A DNA stretch of 64,000 nt from an uncultured Gammaproteobacteria bacterium (GCA_964515785.1 CAZEWH010000002.1:94182-158181), one strand, 5' to 3'. Positions 1 to 9,941 are shown, counted from the stretch's first letter. Made by a program: numbers and translations. Notes: a model not told the origin generated them from the sequence alone.

Positions 1-1381
1 TGCGTGTTGAATGGTCGCCATCAAGTTCTGCGTATTGTAAAGCATCTGCAGCTACATTGCCACTCCAGCCTCTATGAAGTTCAAGAGTAGTACTTGAGTC
101 ATCAGACATTTTTTCAATTGCCCAATTTGGCACAGAGCTCATTTTTTGCCACAAAGAATTATTGGTTACGACCGGTTCTTCAAAGCTATGATTCATAATA
201 AGATTAGCTCCATCTGGACATTCTTCTGGTTGCTCTTCTATTAAAACATTGAAAGCTACACAATAATATTCTTCATCCATTTCAAAGCCACGAATAAAGT
301 CATAGTTGTCATAATTTAGGACATCAGTATGACACCAAATTTCAGCACTAAAGTCATCTCCAGGAGGTGGATTTGATCCATTTGGATCAAAAGAAAATGG
401 AATATAACCTTCTTGTAAATTTTCTCTAATTTTTACAATATCATAATCTTCTAGATCATCTTCAGTAATTACTTTCATAGCTGGGGTTTCGCCAGCAGAT
501 GTTGTGTCAAAAGAATTCCAATCAGGAGCAGGTCCAATATAATCACCAGCATAACCACTGCCACCAACTACCCATTGAAAATCCCAGCCTTCTTCAAAAT
601 GACAATTAGGATGTTGGGCTACATAGTCGATTGCAGTAGTTGAAGTGATATTTGGTCCATTTCCACTCCAATTTGGTAAGTCAGATTCATCTTCACAAAC
701 AATTTTGTGAGCATAGATAGTAGAAGTTTCTTCCTCTTCTTGACAATAAACATCAGTTTCTTCTTCTACTACATCACCATATTCTTGAGTGCTAAACCAC
801 CACATAGCTTCGTTTTCTAGAGTGCTATCACATTCAGTATCTTCATCAACTAGCATAGTCAAATCTAGTTCTATCATTTGACCAGGGTTTACAACACCAA
901 GATTCCATTTGAGATATCCATTGTGATCTACAACTCCGCCCAGAGTATCTGAGACATAAGAAGTGTTTTCATCATAAAAATCTTTGAGGAATACTCCTTC
1001 ATCACCAGTACATTCATCTTCGCCTATATTTTCTATAGTAAGATGATAAACAAGTTCTTGGCCAGGCATAATAGGATCATAGCCTGCGTCAGATTTGGTA
1101 ACTACCAATTCACAGTTATCTTCTTCTGGCGGTGGTATACAAGCACCCATATGGTCGCCAGCGTGCAATGGATTACCTGAAGCATCAAAATGACCAGCTA
1201 AGGCCTCTTCTGAAACTTCTAGAGTAATTTGTTGACCGCTTGGTGTAACATGACAAATAGTGATTTTATCACCATCACCATCTGGTTTGACAGCCAGGGC
1301 TTGAGGCGTAAAGCCTGTGCTCCAGACTATCAGTGAAAAGACTGATACAAAGTATAGTCCTTTTTTGATTAATTTTTTCAT
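1..1381 (-). CDS. Secreted/surface protein, partial (runs off window): signal peptide, KITICH motif, DUF11-like Ig domain, DUF642/CBM-like domain
   Basis: Manual translation from ATG at 1381: MKKLIKKGLYFVSVFSLIVWSTGFTPQALA|VKPDGDGDKITICH...LVVTKSDAGYDPIMPGQELVYHLTIENIG...NHSFEEP...QYAELDGD; both ends read in the same frame; absent from the ORF track because it has no stop in the window. Confidence 0.75.
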   Translation of the reverse strand, partial: MKKLIKKGLYFVSVFSLIVWSTGFTPQALAVKPDGDGDKITICHVTPSGQQITLEVSEEALAGHFDASGNPLHAGDHMGACIPPPEEDNCELVVTKSDAGYDPIMPGQELVYHLTIENIGEDECTGDEGVFLKDFYDENTSYVSDTLGGVVDHNGYLKWNLGVVNPGQMIELDLTMLVDEDTECDSTLENEAMWWFSTQEYGDVVEEETDVYCQEEEETSTIYAHKIVCEDESDLPNWSGNGPNITSTTAIDYVAQHPNCHFEEGWDFQWVVGGSGYAGDYIGPAPDWNSFDTTSAGETPAMKVITEDDLEDYDIVKIRENLQEGYIPFSFDPNGSNPPPGDDFSAEIWCHTDVLNYDNYDFIRGFEMDEEYYCVAFNVLIEEQPEECPDGANLIMNHSFEEPVVTNNSLWQKMSSVPNWAIEKMSDDSSTTLELHRGWSGNVAADALQYAELDGDHSTR

Positions 1382-1682
1382 ATAATTTCAATTATTTATT
1401 AATTATATATATAAAAAATTCCCTAGCTAAAAATTAACTAGAGAATATTAATATGCTCAATTATGCTTAGTTTTGTATTATTTTTTATCTGAAAATATAA
1501 CATCATAGTTTTATTTTCAGTGTTAAACGGGGGAAAAAAACTTAAAGCCCGTGTGTTTATTATTTAAATTAATGTGTTTAATATATATATATTTGTATAT
1601 AGTTTAAGATAAGCAGAATAAATTAAAACTGTCAACTTTTTATGCCAAAAAGCTTATCTATTGTCAATATATTGTATATTAA

Positions 1683-4430
1683 TTATTTTCCATGACATTG
1701 TTTGTATTTTTTACCAGATCCACAAGGGCAAGGGTCATTGCGGCCGATTTTTTTGCCAGATTCATCTCTGGGTTTGGATGGCAGGACTTGTCCAGATTTG
1801 GCTCTGTCCTCTACTTGTTTGGAAAATGGTGAATAACCTGATTTTTGTTCAGCAAATTTTTTGTCTGATTCACCAGGTACGGCTGCCATACGGCGAGAAA
1901 CACCAACTTTGAAAATAGAATAAACTATTTGCTTGCGTATAGAATCTAATAAAGTATTAAAAAGCATATAAGCTTCTCGTTTGTATTCTACCAAAGGATC
2001 ACGTTGACCATAACCTTGTAGACCAATGCCAGTCCGTAATTTGTCCATAGCAGTCAGATGCTCAACCCAGAGTGTATCTATACTTCGTAAAATAATACCT
2101 CTTTCGATCATTTGGATTGGTTGATAAGGATTATCTTCCGGTAAATCAATATTAGCATTTATTTCTTCAGCAAGTTTGGCGTATTTTTCTTTGGCAATTT
2201 TGATTATATAGTCAATTACTAGAGTGCGCTCCTCATGGTTATTATTTTTTTTGTTTGATTCTAATAGTTTTTTAATCTCATCTTCTTCTGCAAATTCAAG
2301 AGGGAAAATAGTTTTTATAGTTTCTATGATTTCTTTGGGATCAAAATCTCCGTTGTTTTTTGAAGCTAAAGTATGAAAAGAAACAACATTTTCTATTTCT
2401 TGATTAATATAATCAAATACTAGATTAGTATTATCTTCTGAAATTTTGTTGTCAGTAAATAATTCTAAAATATCTTGTCTTTGTTTATAAATAACACTAC
2501 GATGTTTGTTAATAATATCGTCGTATTCTACGAGATGTTTACGAATATCAAAATTATGTCCTTCAACTTTCTTTTGAGCTGCTTCTATTGATTTGGAAAT
2601 CATTTTATTTTCTATGGCCGTATCTTCAGCAATACCAAGACGATCCATTATACCTTTCATACGATCAGAGCCAAAGATTCGCATCAAATCATCACCCAAA
2701 GAAATATAAAATTGAGAAGAACCAGGATCACCCTGACGACCAGCTCGACCTCTGAGCTGATTATCAATACGACGAGATTCGTGTCTTTCTGTACCTAGGA
2801 CATGCAAGCCACCAAGAGCCTTTACTTCTTCGTGTTTAGCTTTATCAAATGGTACACCACCCAAAGTAATATCTACACCACGACCTGCCATGTTGGTAGC
2901 AATAGTGACCGCAGCTTTGCGACCAGCTTGAGCAATATATTCAGCTTCTTTTTCGTGAAATTTTGCATTAAGTAAGTTGTGTGGTACACCAGCTTTTTCA
3001 AGTAAAGCACCTAATTCTTCATTTTTTTCAATAGAAATAGTACCAACCAAAACTGGTTGACCAGATTTATGTTTTTCTTCTATCTCTTTGGCAATTGCTT
3101 TGAGTTTGCCGCGATGTGTTTTATAAATACGGTCTCGCATATCATCACGAGCAAAAGGTCTATTGGTAGGAATGATAGTTACATCTAGATTGTATATTTT
3201 TGCCATTTCTTCTGCTTCAGTAGCTGCTGTACCAGTCATACCAGCCAATTTTTCGTACATGCGAAAATAATTTTGAAAGGTAATAGTTGCCAAAGTCATA
3301 CTTTCTTTTTGAACTTCCACACCTTCTTTAGCTTCTATGGCTTGGTGTAAGCCTTCAGAATATCTACGACCTTGCATCATGCGGCCAGTAAATTCATCAA
3401 TAATCACTACTTCATTGTCTTTGACTACATAATCACGATCTTTTTGAAATAAAGTCCGAGCTTTGAGTGCTTGTTCTAGATGATGGACAGTTTGTAAGCC
3501 ATGACTTTCATAAATATTATCAACACCTAAGATTTTTTCCATTTTATGAATGCCGCCTTCAGTCAAAGTACAAGCCTTCATTTTTTCGTCTATATTATAG
3601 TCTTTATTTTCTTCAAGTTGAGTGACTATTTGAGAAAATTGTTGATAAAGAGCGCCAGATTCTTCAGCTGGAGCTGAAATAATCAATGGCGTACGAGCCT
3701 CATCAATCAAAATACTGTCAACTTCATCAATAATAGCGTAATGCAAACCACGTTGAACTTGATTTTTTTTATCTTCGGCCATATTGTCGCGCAGATAATC
3801 AAAACCGTATTCGTTGTTGGTACCATAAGTAATATCAGCTTTATAAGCTTCACCACGACTAACAGGTCGTAAATAATCCATATCTACTTTGATACCTTGA
3901 TCACGTATTTTATCATCTTCATCTGTGGTATGACTTTTATCATAAATAAAAGCAGCTTGATGTTGAATAATACCAACAGATAATCCTAAAAAGTCATACA
4001 CTTGAGCCATCCAAGTAGCATCACGTTTGGCTAGATAATCATTGACAGTAATGACGTGAACACCTTTTCCCAATAAAGCATTGAGATAAATAGGTAGAGT
4101 AGAAGTCAGAGTCTTACCTTCACCAGTTTTCATTTCAGCGATTTGACCTTGATGCAAAACAATACCACCCAAGAGTTGGACATCAAAAGGCTGTTGTTGT
4201 AGTGTCCTATGAGCTGCTATTTTTACCAAAGCAAAAGCCGGTACCAATAAGTCATCCAACTTGGTACCGCTTTGTGCTTGTTTTTTTAATTCAAGGCTTT
4301 TGGATTTTATCTGTTCGTCAGTCAGGCTAGCGAATTCTTCTTCAGTCTGTTTGATAGCTTGTATTTTTGGTTCCAAGCTATTTAAGAATTTCTGATTGGC
4401 ATCACCCAACAATTTGTCTAAGAATTTCAT
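1683..4430 (-). CDS. secA: Preprotein translocase ATPase SecA
   Basis: MKTGEGKT Walker [20 protein letters not shown]-terminal SEC-C motif [19 protein letters not shown]. Confidence 0.99.
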   Translation of the reverse strand: MKFLDKLLGDANQKFLNSLEPKIQAIKQTEEEFASLTDEQIKSKSLELKKQAQSGTKLDDLLVPAFALVKIAAHRTLQQQPFDVQLLGGIVLHQGQIAEMKTGEGKTLTSTLPIYLNALLGKGVHVITVNDYLAKRDATWMAQVYDFLGLSVGIIQHQAAFIYDKSHTTDEDDKIRDQGIKVDMDYLRPVSRGEAYKADITYGTNNEYGFDYLRDNMAEDKKNQVQRGLHYAIIDEVDSILIDEARTPLIISAPAEESGALYQQFSQIVTQLEENKDYNIDEKMKACTLTEGGIHKMEKILGVDNIYESHGLQTVHHLEQALKARTLFQKDRDYVVKDNEVVIIDEFTGRMMQGRRYSEGLHQAIEAKEGVEVQKESMTLATITFQNYFRMYEKLAGMTGTAATEAEEMAKIYNLDVTIIPTNRPFARDDMRDRIYKTHRGKLKAIAKEIEEKHKSGQPVLVGTISIEKNEELGALLEKAGVPHNLLNAKFHEKEAEYIAQAGRKAAVTIATNMAGRGVDITLGGVPFDKAKHEEVKALGGLHVLGTERHESRRIDNQLRGRAGRQGDPGSSQFYISLGDDLMRIFGSDRMKGIMDRLGIAEDTAIENKMISKSIEAAQKKVEGHNFDIRKHLVEYDDIINKHRSVIYKQRQDILELFTDNKISEDNTNLVFDYINQEIENVVSFHTLASKNNGDFDPKEIIETIKTIFPLEFAEEDEIKKLLESNKKNNNHEERTLVIDYIIKIAKEKYAKLAEEINANIDLPEDNPYQPIQMIERGIILRSIDTLWVEHLTAMDKLRTGIGLQGYGQRDPLVEYKREAYMLFNTLLDSIRKQIVYSIFKVGVSRRMAAVPGESDKKFAEQKSGYSPFSKQVEDRAKSGQVLPSKPRDESGKKIGRNDPCPCGSGKKYKQCHGK

Positions 4431-4439
4431 GAGTTTTAT

Positions 4440-4802
4440 TTAGTATTCTTTCTTTTTCCAAAATTTTAATGATTTTAGTTTAGCGCCTCCTCTTTTTATT
4501 TTACTTAGTTTTTTATCTTTTGTTTTGAGTAATTGTCTAGATAATTTGTCTTGTAAGATATCTACAGCTGCTCTAGCATCGGCATGTTTTTCTGATAAAC
4601 GGATAGTTTGTTTATTGGGTAAGCTAACAGTCAAATCAATATTATAAATTTCACCTTTTTTATGGTGTTGATCTCTAGATAAATCTACCCGAAAGGACAA
4701 AATATTTCTCTGGTATTTTTCTATTGCTTTAAATTTGTCTAATAAATATTCCTTAAAAGGTTTGGTTAAGTCAAAATTTTTGTTGTGAATTTTGATATAC
4801 AT
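4440..4802 (-). CDS. raiA: Ribosome hibernation factor (short HPF/RaiA family)
   Basis: S30AE-like pattern (KNFDLT...AAVDILQDKLSRQL); classic position just upstream of secA. Confidence 0.85.
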   Translation of the reverse strand: MYIKIHNKNFDLTKPFKEYLLDKFKAIEKYQRNILSFRVDLSRDQHHKKGEIYNIDLTVSLPNKQTIRLSEKHADARAAVDILQDKLSRQLLKTKDKKLSKIKRGGAKLKSLKFWKKKEY

Positions 4803-4806
4803 AATT

Positions 4807-4998
4807 TTAGTGGCCAGTAGCCTTTTTTATAATTAAAACTAAAATTAAAAATACAGCACCACCAGCAAACCATAAAAATTGTTTGTTGGCCATCAACTCT
4901 TGCCAAGTAGACATTTCTTCGGCTGGTACTTCTGCTTGAGCCAAAGCTACATTAGCCATCAACACTCCCCAAACAGATAAAAATAATGTTTTTTTCAT
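4807..4998 (-). CDS. Small exported single-pass membrane protein
   Basis: Signal peptide ending ALA, acidic linker, one TM helix, basic tail. Confidence 0.65.
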   Translation of the reverse strand: MKKTLFLSVWGVLMANVALAQAEVPAEEMSTWQELMANKQFLWFAGGAVFLILVLIIKKATGH

Positions 4999-5061
4999 TG
5001 TTTTGTTTTTAATTATTTATATTTTAAATTTAGCAAATTTTATACTAAAAATCAATTGGTT

Positions 5062-5095
5062 TTCCCTCTTCATAAGGGGGAGTTAGTGGGGGTGG
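5062..5095. repeat. Single REP-like palindrome related to the 7104-7199 element
   Basis: TCCCTCTT-CAT-AAGGGGGA followed by GTTAGTGGGGGT. Confidence 0.5.
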
Positions 5096-5098
5096 ACC

Positions 5099-6832
5099 CT
5101 ATTCTAAAATAGCCTTAATTCTTCTAACACCAGCAGAGCTAGAACTTTCTTTGAGTATCTTAAAAGTTCCTAGATCTGAAGTAGTATCTGTATGAGGGCC
5201 ACCGCAGATTTCTTTGGAATAATCACCCATAGTATAAACTTTGACTTTTTCTCCGTATTTACTCTTAAATAAGCCAATTGCTCCAGCTTTTTCAGCTTCT
5301 TCCACAGTCATTTCATCACAAGATACAGGTAAAGCAGCTTTGATTTGGCTATTTACTATGTCTTCTATCTTAGATTTTTCTTCGTCACTTAATTTAGAAT
5401 CATGAGAAAAATCAAAGCGAGCCCTCTGGTCATTGATATTTGAACCGCGTTGTTCAACATGATCGCCTAAGACATCTCGCAAAGCTTGTAAAAGTAAGTG
5501 AGTAGCAGTGTGATATTTCTTAGTCATCTCACTATCGTCAGCTAAGCCGCCTTTAAACATACCAGCTGAAGCAGTCCGAGACAACTCTTGGTGTTTTTTG
5601 AACTCTGCTTCAAATTCTTGTTTATTGATTTGAATATTATTTTCTTTAGCCAACTCTTCTGTCATTTCTAGAGGAAATCCATAAGTAGAAAACAAAGTAA
5701 ATGCAGTTTTGCCATTTATATCTTTTTGTTTGGAAAATTCTTTTAGGCCCTTAGCTAGAGTTCGTTTAAATTTAGCTTCTTCTTTGTCTAGTTCAGCTAT
5801 AATCAAATCTTTGTTTTTATTTAACTCTGGATAAGCTAATTGCATAATATCTATAACAACTTCAGCTAGTTGAACTGTAAAATTGTCTTGAATATCTAGT
5901 TGATTAGCAAAACGAATAGCTCGTCTGATAAGTCTTCTGACAATATAACCCTGATCAGTATTAGAAGGTGTAACAGTACATTCATCACCGATCATAAATA
6001 CTGCAGATCTTATATGATCAGCTATAATTCTAAAAGTTTTAATATTATCTTCGTATTTTTGACCAGATAATTTTTGAATTTTTTCTATGATTGGCCAAAA
6101 TAAATCTGTTTTATAATTGTCATCAAGATTATTAAGAACAGCTAGAGTTCTTTCCAAACCCATTCCAGTGTCAATGTTTTTTTGTTCTAGTTCTTCAAAT
6201 TTATTATCAGCATTTTTGTTATACTTCATGAAAACATTGTTCCAGATCTCTACCCATCTATTATCAGATTCATCAAATTTATCTGGGATAGGATCAGAAC
6301 TTGTCCAATAAAAAATCTCTGTATCAGGTCCACAAGGACCGGTCTCACCAGCTGGTCCCCACCAATTGTCAGTTACTGCAGCAATTTTATCTTGAGCTAC
6401 ACCTAAATCTAGCCAGTATTTTTCAGCTTCAATATCTTTTGGTATATCATCATTGCCACCAAAAATAGAAATAGCAATTTTATTTTTATCTAGTTTTAGC
6501 TTTGTTATAACAAATTCCCAAGCATATTTGACAGCTTGCTCTTCATCATAATCACCCAAAGACCAATTACCTAGCATCTCAAAAAAAGTATGATGAGTTG
6601 TATCCCCTACTTCTTCAATATCACCAGTGCGAATACATTTTTGGACATTGGCCAGTCTAGTGCCTGCAGGATGTTTTTCACCCATCAAATATGGCACTAA
6701 TGGATGCATACCAGCCGTAGTAAACAACACAGTAGGGTCATTATCTGGAATCAAAGAAGCAGAAGCAATGACTTCGTGCTTGTTTTCCTTGAAATATTTG
6801 AGGAATTCTTGGCGTAATTTATCAGCTTTCAT
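5099..6832 (-). CDS. alaS: Alanine--tRNA ligase (short form without C-Ala domain)
   Basis: LFTTAGMHPL, HHTFFEMLGNWS, GPCGPDTEI, DTGMGLER, editing motifs HTATH and EICGGPH. Confidence 0.98.
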   Translation of the reverse strand: MKADKLRQEFLKYFKENKHEVIASASLIPDNDPTVLFTTAGMHPLVPYLMGEKHPAGTRLANVQKCIRTGDIEEVGDTTHHTFFEMLGNWSLGDYDEEQAVKYAWEFVITKLKLDKNKIAISIFGGNDDIPKDIEAEKYWLDLGVAQDKIAAVTDNWWGPAGETGPCGPDTEIFYWTSSDPIPDKFDESDNRWVEIWNNVFMKYNKNADNKFEELEQKNIDTGMGLERTLAVLNNLDDNYKTDLFWPIIEKIQKLSGQKYEDNIKTFRIIADHIRSAVFMIGDECTVTPSNTDQGYIVRRLIRRAIRFANQLDIQDNFTVQLAEVVIDIMQLAYPELNKNKDLIIAELDKEEAKFKRTLAKGLKEFSKQKDINGKTAFTLFSTYGFPLEMTEELAKENNIQINKQEFEAEFKKHQELSRTASAGMFKGGLADDSEMTKKYHTATHLLLQALRDVLGDHVEQRGSNINDQRARFDFSHDSKLSDEEKSKIEDIVNSQIKAALPVSCDEMTVEEAEKAGAIGLFKSKYGEKVKVYTMGDYSKEICGGPHTDTTSDLGTFKILKESSSSAGVRRIKAILE

Positions 6833-6839
6833 AGTCTAA

Positions 6840-6868
6840 ATTATACGGAAATAATAGCAAAATGTCAA
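6840..6868 (-). promoter_or_regulatory. Sigma70 promoter of alaS (probably leaderless mRNA)
   Basis: TTGACA-17bp-TATAAT; ATG lies 7 nt after the -10. Confidence 0.75.
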
Positions 6869-6879
6869 TTTATAAGGGT

Positions 6880-6888
6880 TTATCCACA
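6880..6888 (+). promoter_or_regulatory. Perfect DnaA box between divergent promoters
   Basis: TTATCCACA. Confidence 0.5.
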
Positions 6889-6892
6889 GGAC

Positions 6893-6921
6893 TTGACAGA
6901 TTCTACTATATATGCTAGTAT
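6893..6921 (+). promoter_or_regulatory. Sigma70 promoter of candidate ncRNA
   Basis: TTGACA-17bp-TAGTAT with extended -10 TG. Confidence 0.7.
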
Positions 6922-6924
6922 ATA

Positions 6925-7095
6925 GGTGCGTTTGATTCAACACGATGAGTTGAGAAAAGGCTCTCCTGTAGAGGGAGGAACGCCTACAACCGCAAACAAA
7001 GAGGTAGTACCATGTAGCCGGGCTGGTAACAGTCCACACACTATTGCATGCATTACCCCTATTGCCCTGCCGGGACACACTGGCAGGGCTTTTTT
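6925..7095 (+). ncRNA. Candidate structured ncRNA of unknown family
   Basis: GC-rich stretch bounded by a promoter and a terminator; hairpins TCAAC/GTTGA, AGGC/GCCT and GGGCTG-GTAA-CAGTCC; no credible ORF. Confidence 0.55.
7064..7095 (+). terminator. Intrinsic terminator
   Basis: GCCCTGCCGG/CTGGCAGGGC stem plus T6. Confidence 0.85.
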
Positions 7096-7103
7096 ATTTA
7101 TTT

Positions 7104-7199
7104 TAACCCCCTAAATCCCCCTTGTCAGGGGGACCTTAGATATGAAATAATCTTGGTTAATTAGTTTCTCCCCTGACAAGGGGAGATCAAGAGGGGTTA
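7104..7199. repeat. Inverted pair of REP-like palindromes (REPIN/MITE-like)
   Basis: Left arm TAACCCCCTAAATCCCCCTTGTCAGGGGGA; reverse complement of right arm TAACCCCTCTTGATCTCCCCTTGTCAGGGGAGA. Confidence 0.7.
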
Positions 7200-7278
7200 T
7201 TTGACAAAAACAGCTATTTCTGGTAATTTATTAAAGTTTTGCAAATCAAAAAGTTCGTTTCATAGAAGGAGGAAGATC

Positions 7279-8097
7279 GTGAAACTCTTCAAATTCTTGG
7301 CTGGTGTAGCCTGTGGTATTGTGATTGGCTACATGTTTTCTGCGCAGTATGCGACCAATATCTGGTGGCAAGCTCTGGGCATGGTTGTCGGCGGCATTGG
7401 TGGCTACATCTTGGTAGCTCCCATGGCTTTTTTCAAAGCCATTCCCCGTGCTTTCATGGCTAGTCTGCGAGGTAGTTTATCTGCCTGGGAAAATCTCAAG
7501 TACAACTTCAAGGAGCTAATGCTTATCTGGTTAGCTGTTTGGTTTGGTTCTATCTGGGCTTCTCTCATTTTTTGTGGCTTAGAAAAGTATGCTGCTGCAA
7601 GCGATGGTCGAGATGTGAACTATTTATCAGCAATTGTAGCCGTGTTCCTGTTTGCGAACATAATCAACCTTTATTGGTTTTTAAAGGTTGTGACATTCAA
7701 AGATGGTTACTTAGATGATGAAACTTCTCTTTTCGTCATCAAACATCTAAATCCAGTAATGGGTACTTTCTGGATTTTGGCAGGAGCTGTTTGGTATATA
7801 CCCAAAGTATTGTTCAAGTATTTCTTGCCTTGGCTTATGAAACTGATTTTTATCAGGATCATCTGGGAGCTAACTTACTTCATTAGTCTTTTCATTCGCA
7901 GCCTCTTCCGTCTGGTCCACTCGCACAAGCGTGCCTTGGTCCTGATCTGTGCTACGATTGGCACTGGTGTTGGCCAGTACTATGGCCATCTTTGGATCGG
8001 TCTGGGTGTTGGGCTGTTGTGGGCTGCCTTTAGCTGGCATTTCATTGCCATCAAATGGCTCAAGGTCGTACCCAATCATGGTGCTACGAGCGCCTAA
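7279..8097 (+). CDS. Orphan multi-pass membrane protein (cassette-type gene)
   Basis: GTG start after AAGGAGG; promoter TTGACA(7201)-17-TAATTT; many hydrophobic helices. Confidence 0.8.
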   Translation: MKLFKFLAGVACGIVIGYMFSAQYATNIWWQALGMVVGGIGGYILVAPMAFFKAIPRAFMASLRGSLSAWENLKYNFKELMLIWLAVWFGSIWASLIFCGLEKYAAASDGRDVNYLSAIVAVFLFANIINLYWFLKVVTFKDGYLDDETSLFVIKHLNPVMGTFWILAGAVWYIPKVLFKYFLPWLMKLIFIRIIWELTYFISLFIRSLFRLVHSHKRALVLICATIGTGVGQYYGHLWIGLGVGLLWAAFSWHFIAIKWLKVVPNHGATSA

Positions 8098-8103
8098 AAT
8101 TAC

Positions 8104-8130
8104 GACTCCGTCAAATTTGACGGAGTTTTT
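8104..8130 (+). terminator. Intrinsic terminator
   Basis: ACTCCGTCA-AATT-TGACGGAGT plus T tract. Confidence 0.85.
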
Positions 8131-8176
8131 ATTTTTAGTTAAACTATTAAATAGTTAATTAAATTTAATAAAAATT

Positions 8177-8515
8177 ATGAAGAAAGCGAAAAAAATTACC
8201 AAACAAAGTAAACCCATTACTTTAGTTCAAATTTCAAAGTTATTAGATGGTCAAACAGTGTCTATTATGCGAGAAATGAATGATCGTTTTAGGCATTTTG
8301 AGCAAAAAATGAATTTGCGCTTTGAAAAAGTTGATACTAGATTTGACGATGTAGATCAAGAAATAAAAGGCGCTAAAGATAGACTATTAGTCGTAGAAAC
8401 TAAATTAGACACAGTTATGGATGAATTAGCTACGCGTAAAGAAGTCCGTAATCTAGTTAAAGAACTTAAAGGTCAAGGCATAAAATTAGATAGTACGAAA
8501 ATATTTGCAATTTAA
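8177..8515 (+). CDS. Coiled-coil hypothetical protein
   Basis: Heptad-like MNDRFRHFEQKMNLRFEKVDTRFDDVD; no SD. Confidence 0.7.
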   Translation: MKKAKKITKQSKPITLVQISKLLDGQTVSIMREMNDRFRHFEQKMNLRFEKVDTRFDDVDQEIKGAKDRLLVVETKLDTVMDELATRKEVRNLVKELKGQGIKLDSTKIFAI

Positions 8516-8522
8516 ATTAAAC

Positions 8523-8551
8523 AAAAACCCCCGCCTACGGCGGGGGTTTTT
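8523..8551. terminator. Bidirectional terminator
   Basis: A5-CCCCCGCC-TAC-GGCGGGGG-T5 between convergent genes. Confidence 0.85.
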
Positions 8552-8582
8552 GTAATGTATTAGGTCTTGATAATTATATAAA

Positions 8583-8774
8583 TTATACAACTTTTACATT
8601 TGTGGCATTAGGACCTTTTGGACCTTCACCAACTTCGAATTCAACTTCTTGGCCTTCTTGCAAAGAACCACCGTCGATTTCTGATTTATGGACAAAAAGA
8701 TCTTCACCATCTTCTTGTTCAATAAAACCAAAACCTTTGGTGAAATTGAACCATTTTACTTTACCTTTTGGCAT
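8583..8774 (-). CDS. cspA: Cold-shock protein
   Basis: [33 protein letters not shown]; start placed at ATG 8774. Confidence 0.95.
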   Translation of the reverse strand: MPKGKVKWFNFTKGFGFIEQEDGEDLFVHKSEIDGGSLQEGQEVEFEVGEGPKGPNATNVKVV

Positions 8775-8978
8775 GTGAAATGATACTTTAATAATAAAAC
8801 TTCTTGAGTTTAGCACATCTTGCTAAATATGTCAAGATAAGCTATTATTAGTCTAATAAATTAATATATGTATATAATTCGCCGTAAATGGAGCAAATAT
8901 CATAAGACCGATCATATTGTGAGCGGTGGTTTGCTATTTATTTTGTAATATTTTTTAGTTTAAGAACTAAATAATAAT

Positions 8979-9005
8979 CCGTCGCTTATAAGCGGCGGTT
9001 TTTTT
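8979..9005 (+). terminator. Intrinsic terminator
   Basis: CCGTCGCT-TATA-AGCGGCGG plus T7. Confidence 0.7.
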
Positions 9006-9031
9006 AATTTAGCTCTTTTAGGAGGTGAGAC

Positions 9032-9184
9032 ATGAAAAAAGTAACATGTCATATGTGTCAGGGCAGTGGTTTGTGTCATGTTTGTCATGGTAGTGGTGAT
9101 AAGCAGGGTCGGCCTTGTGTCTGTAAGCATAAGTCAGGCCTGTGCACTTTTTGCGGAGGTAATGGCAAGGTCTTACGCAAGTAA
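9032..9184 (+). CDS. 50-aa DnaJ-type CxxCxGxG zinc-finger microprotein (not in ORF track)
   Basis: SD AGGAGGTG; MKKVTCHMCQGSGLCHVCHGSGDKQGRPCVCKHKSGLCTFCGGNGKVLRK. Confidence 0.8.
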   Translation: MKKVTCHMCQGSGLCHVCHGSGDKQGRPCVCKHKSGLCTFCGGNGKVLRK

Positions 9185-9200
9185 GAAAAAACAGAGTCTA

Positions 9201-9902
9201 TTATTCAATAGGCTCTGTTTCTTGTTTGTGAGCAAATATAATGACGCGAAATTCTATAAAGTCATCTATGACTTTATCTCCTAGTCCTGTAAAAAATTTG
9301 TCTGAACCATACTTGATATCCCACTTAGTGCGGTCAATCACAAAAGATCCTTTGGCGTTGAGATTACCTTCGCTTTCAAATATTTCTGTCAAAAAAGTAA
9401 TATTATTTGTTTTATCTTTGATAGTCAGATTAGCAGCTACAGTATGTGCTACTTGCGGATATATAATTGGCGGATAGATTTCGACAGCTGTGGTTTTGAG
9501 GATAGCCTCAGGATAGTTGACTACATCAAAAAAATCTTCACTTTTTAGATGATCATCCATTTTTTGTCGGGACTCAGGATTAGTTATATCTTGAGTTTCA
9601 AGACTTGTCATATCTATGACAAATTCACCACCTAGATACTGACGATCGCCTTTGATATATATTTTACCTTCTTTTAGTTTTATTATTCCCTTGTGTTCAC
9701 TATTGACCAATACTTTGCGGCCAGTCCAAAAAATAGCACTTTCTTCTACATCAACAATATAAACATCAACATCATCCTCATAAGTTGTTTCTTGTGGTAA
9801 TTCCTTAGCCGGAGGTTGAGTATTTATTTCTTGTATTTGATTATTATTGCAGCCAGTAAAAATAAAAATAGCTACAAATAATATAATAAATTTATATTTC
9901 AT
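9201..9902 (-). CDS. YceI-family lipid-binding lipoprotein
   Basis: Lipobox FTGC; IDMTSL, DDHLKSEDFFDVVNYP, LTIKD, IDRTKWDIKYGS. Confidence 0.92.
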   Translation of the reverse strand: MKYKFIILFVAIFIFTGCNNNQIQEINTQPPAKELPQETTYEDDVDVYIVDVEESAIFWTGRKVLVNSEHKGIIKLKEGKIYIKGDRQYLGGEFVIDMTSLETQDITNPESRQKMDDHLKSEDFFDVVNYPEAILKTTAVEIYPPIIYPQVAHTVAANLTIKDKTNNITFLTEIFESEGNLNAKGSFVIDRTKWDIKYGSDKFFTGLGDKVIDDFIEFRVIIFAHKQETEPIE

Positions 9903-9941
9903 AGTAGTATTTTATGTTGTTTTAGATATTTAGTCAAAATA

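Noticed and set aside
6880-6888. Replication origin
   Set aside because: Only one DnaA box was seen, no dnaA/dnaN nearby, and gene strand bias does not switch.
6836-7114. Track ORFs 6836..7078 (-) and 6926..7114 (+); possible T-box for alaS
   Set aside because: The ORFs cross promoters and a terminator and lack coding features. The minus strand has TGGTACT, not the TGGNACC antiterminator bulge, and alaS has its own adjacent promoter.
9066-9284. 72-aa track ORF
   Set aside because: Out-of-frame shadow of the SD-led 9032..9184 zinc-finger gene, and it overlaps yceI.
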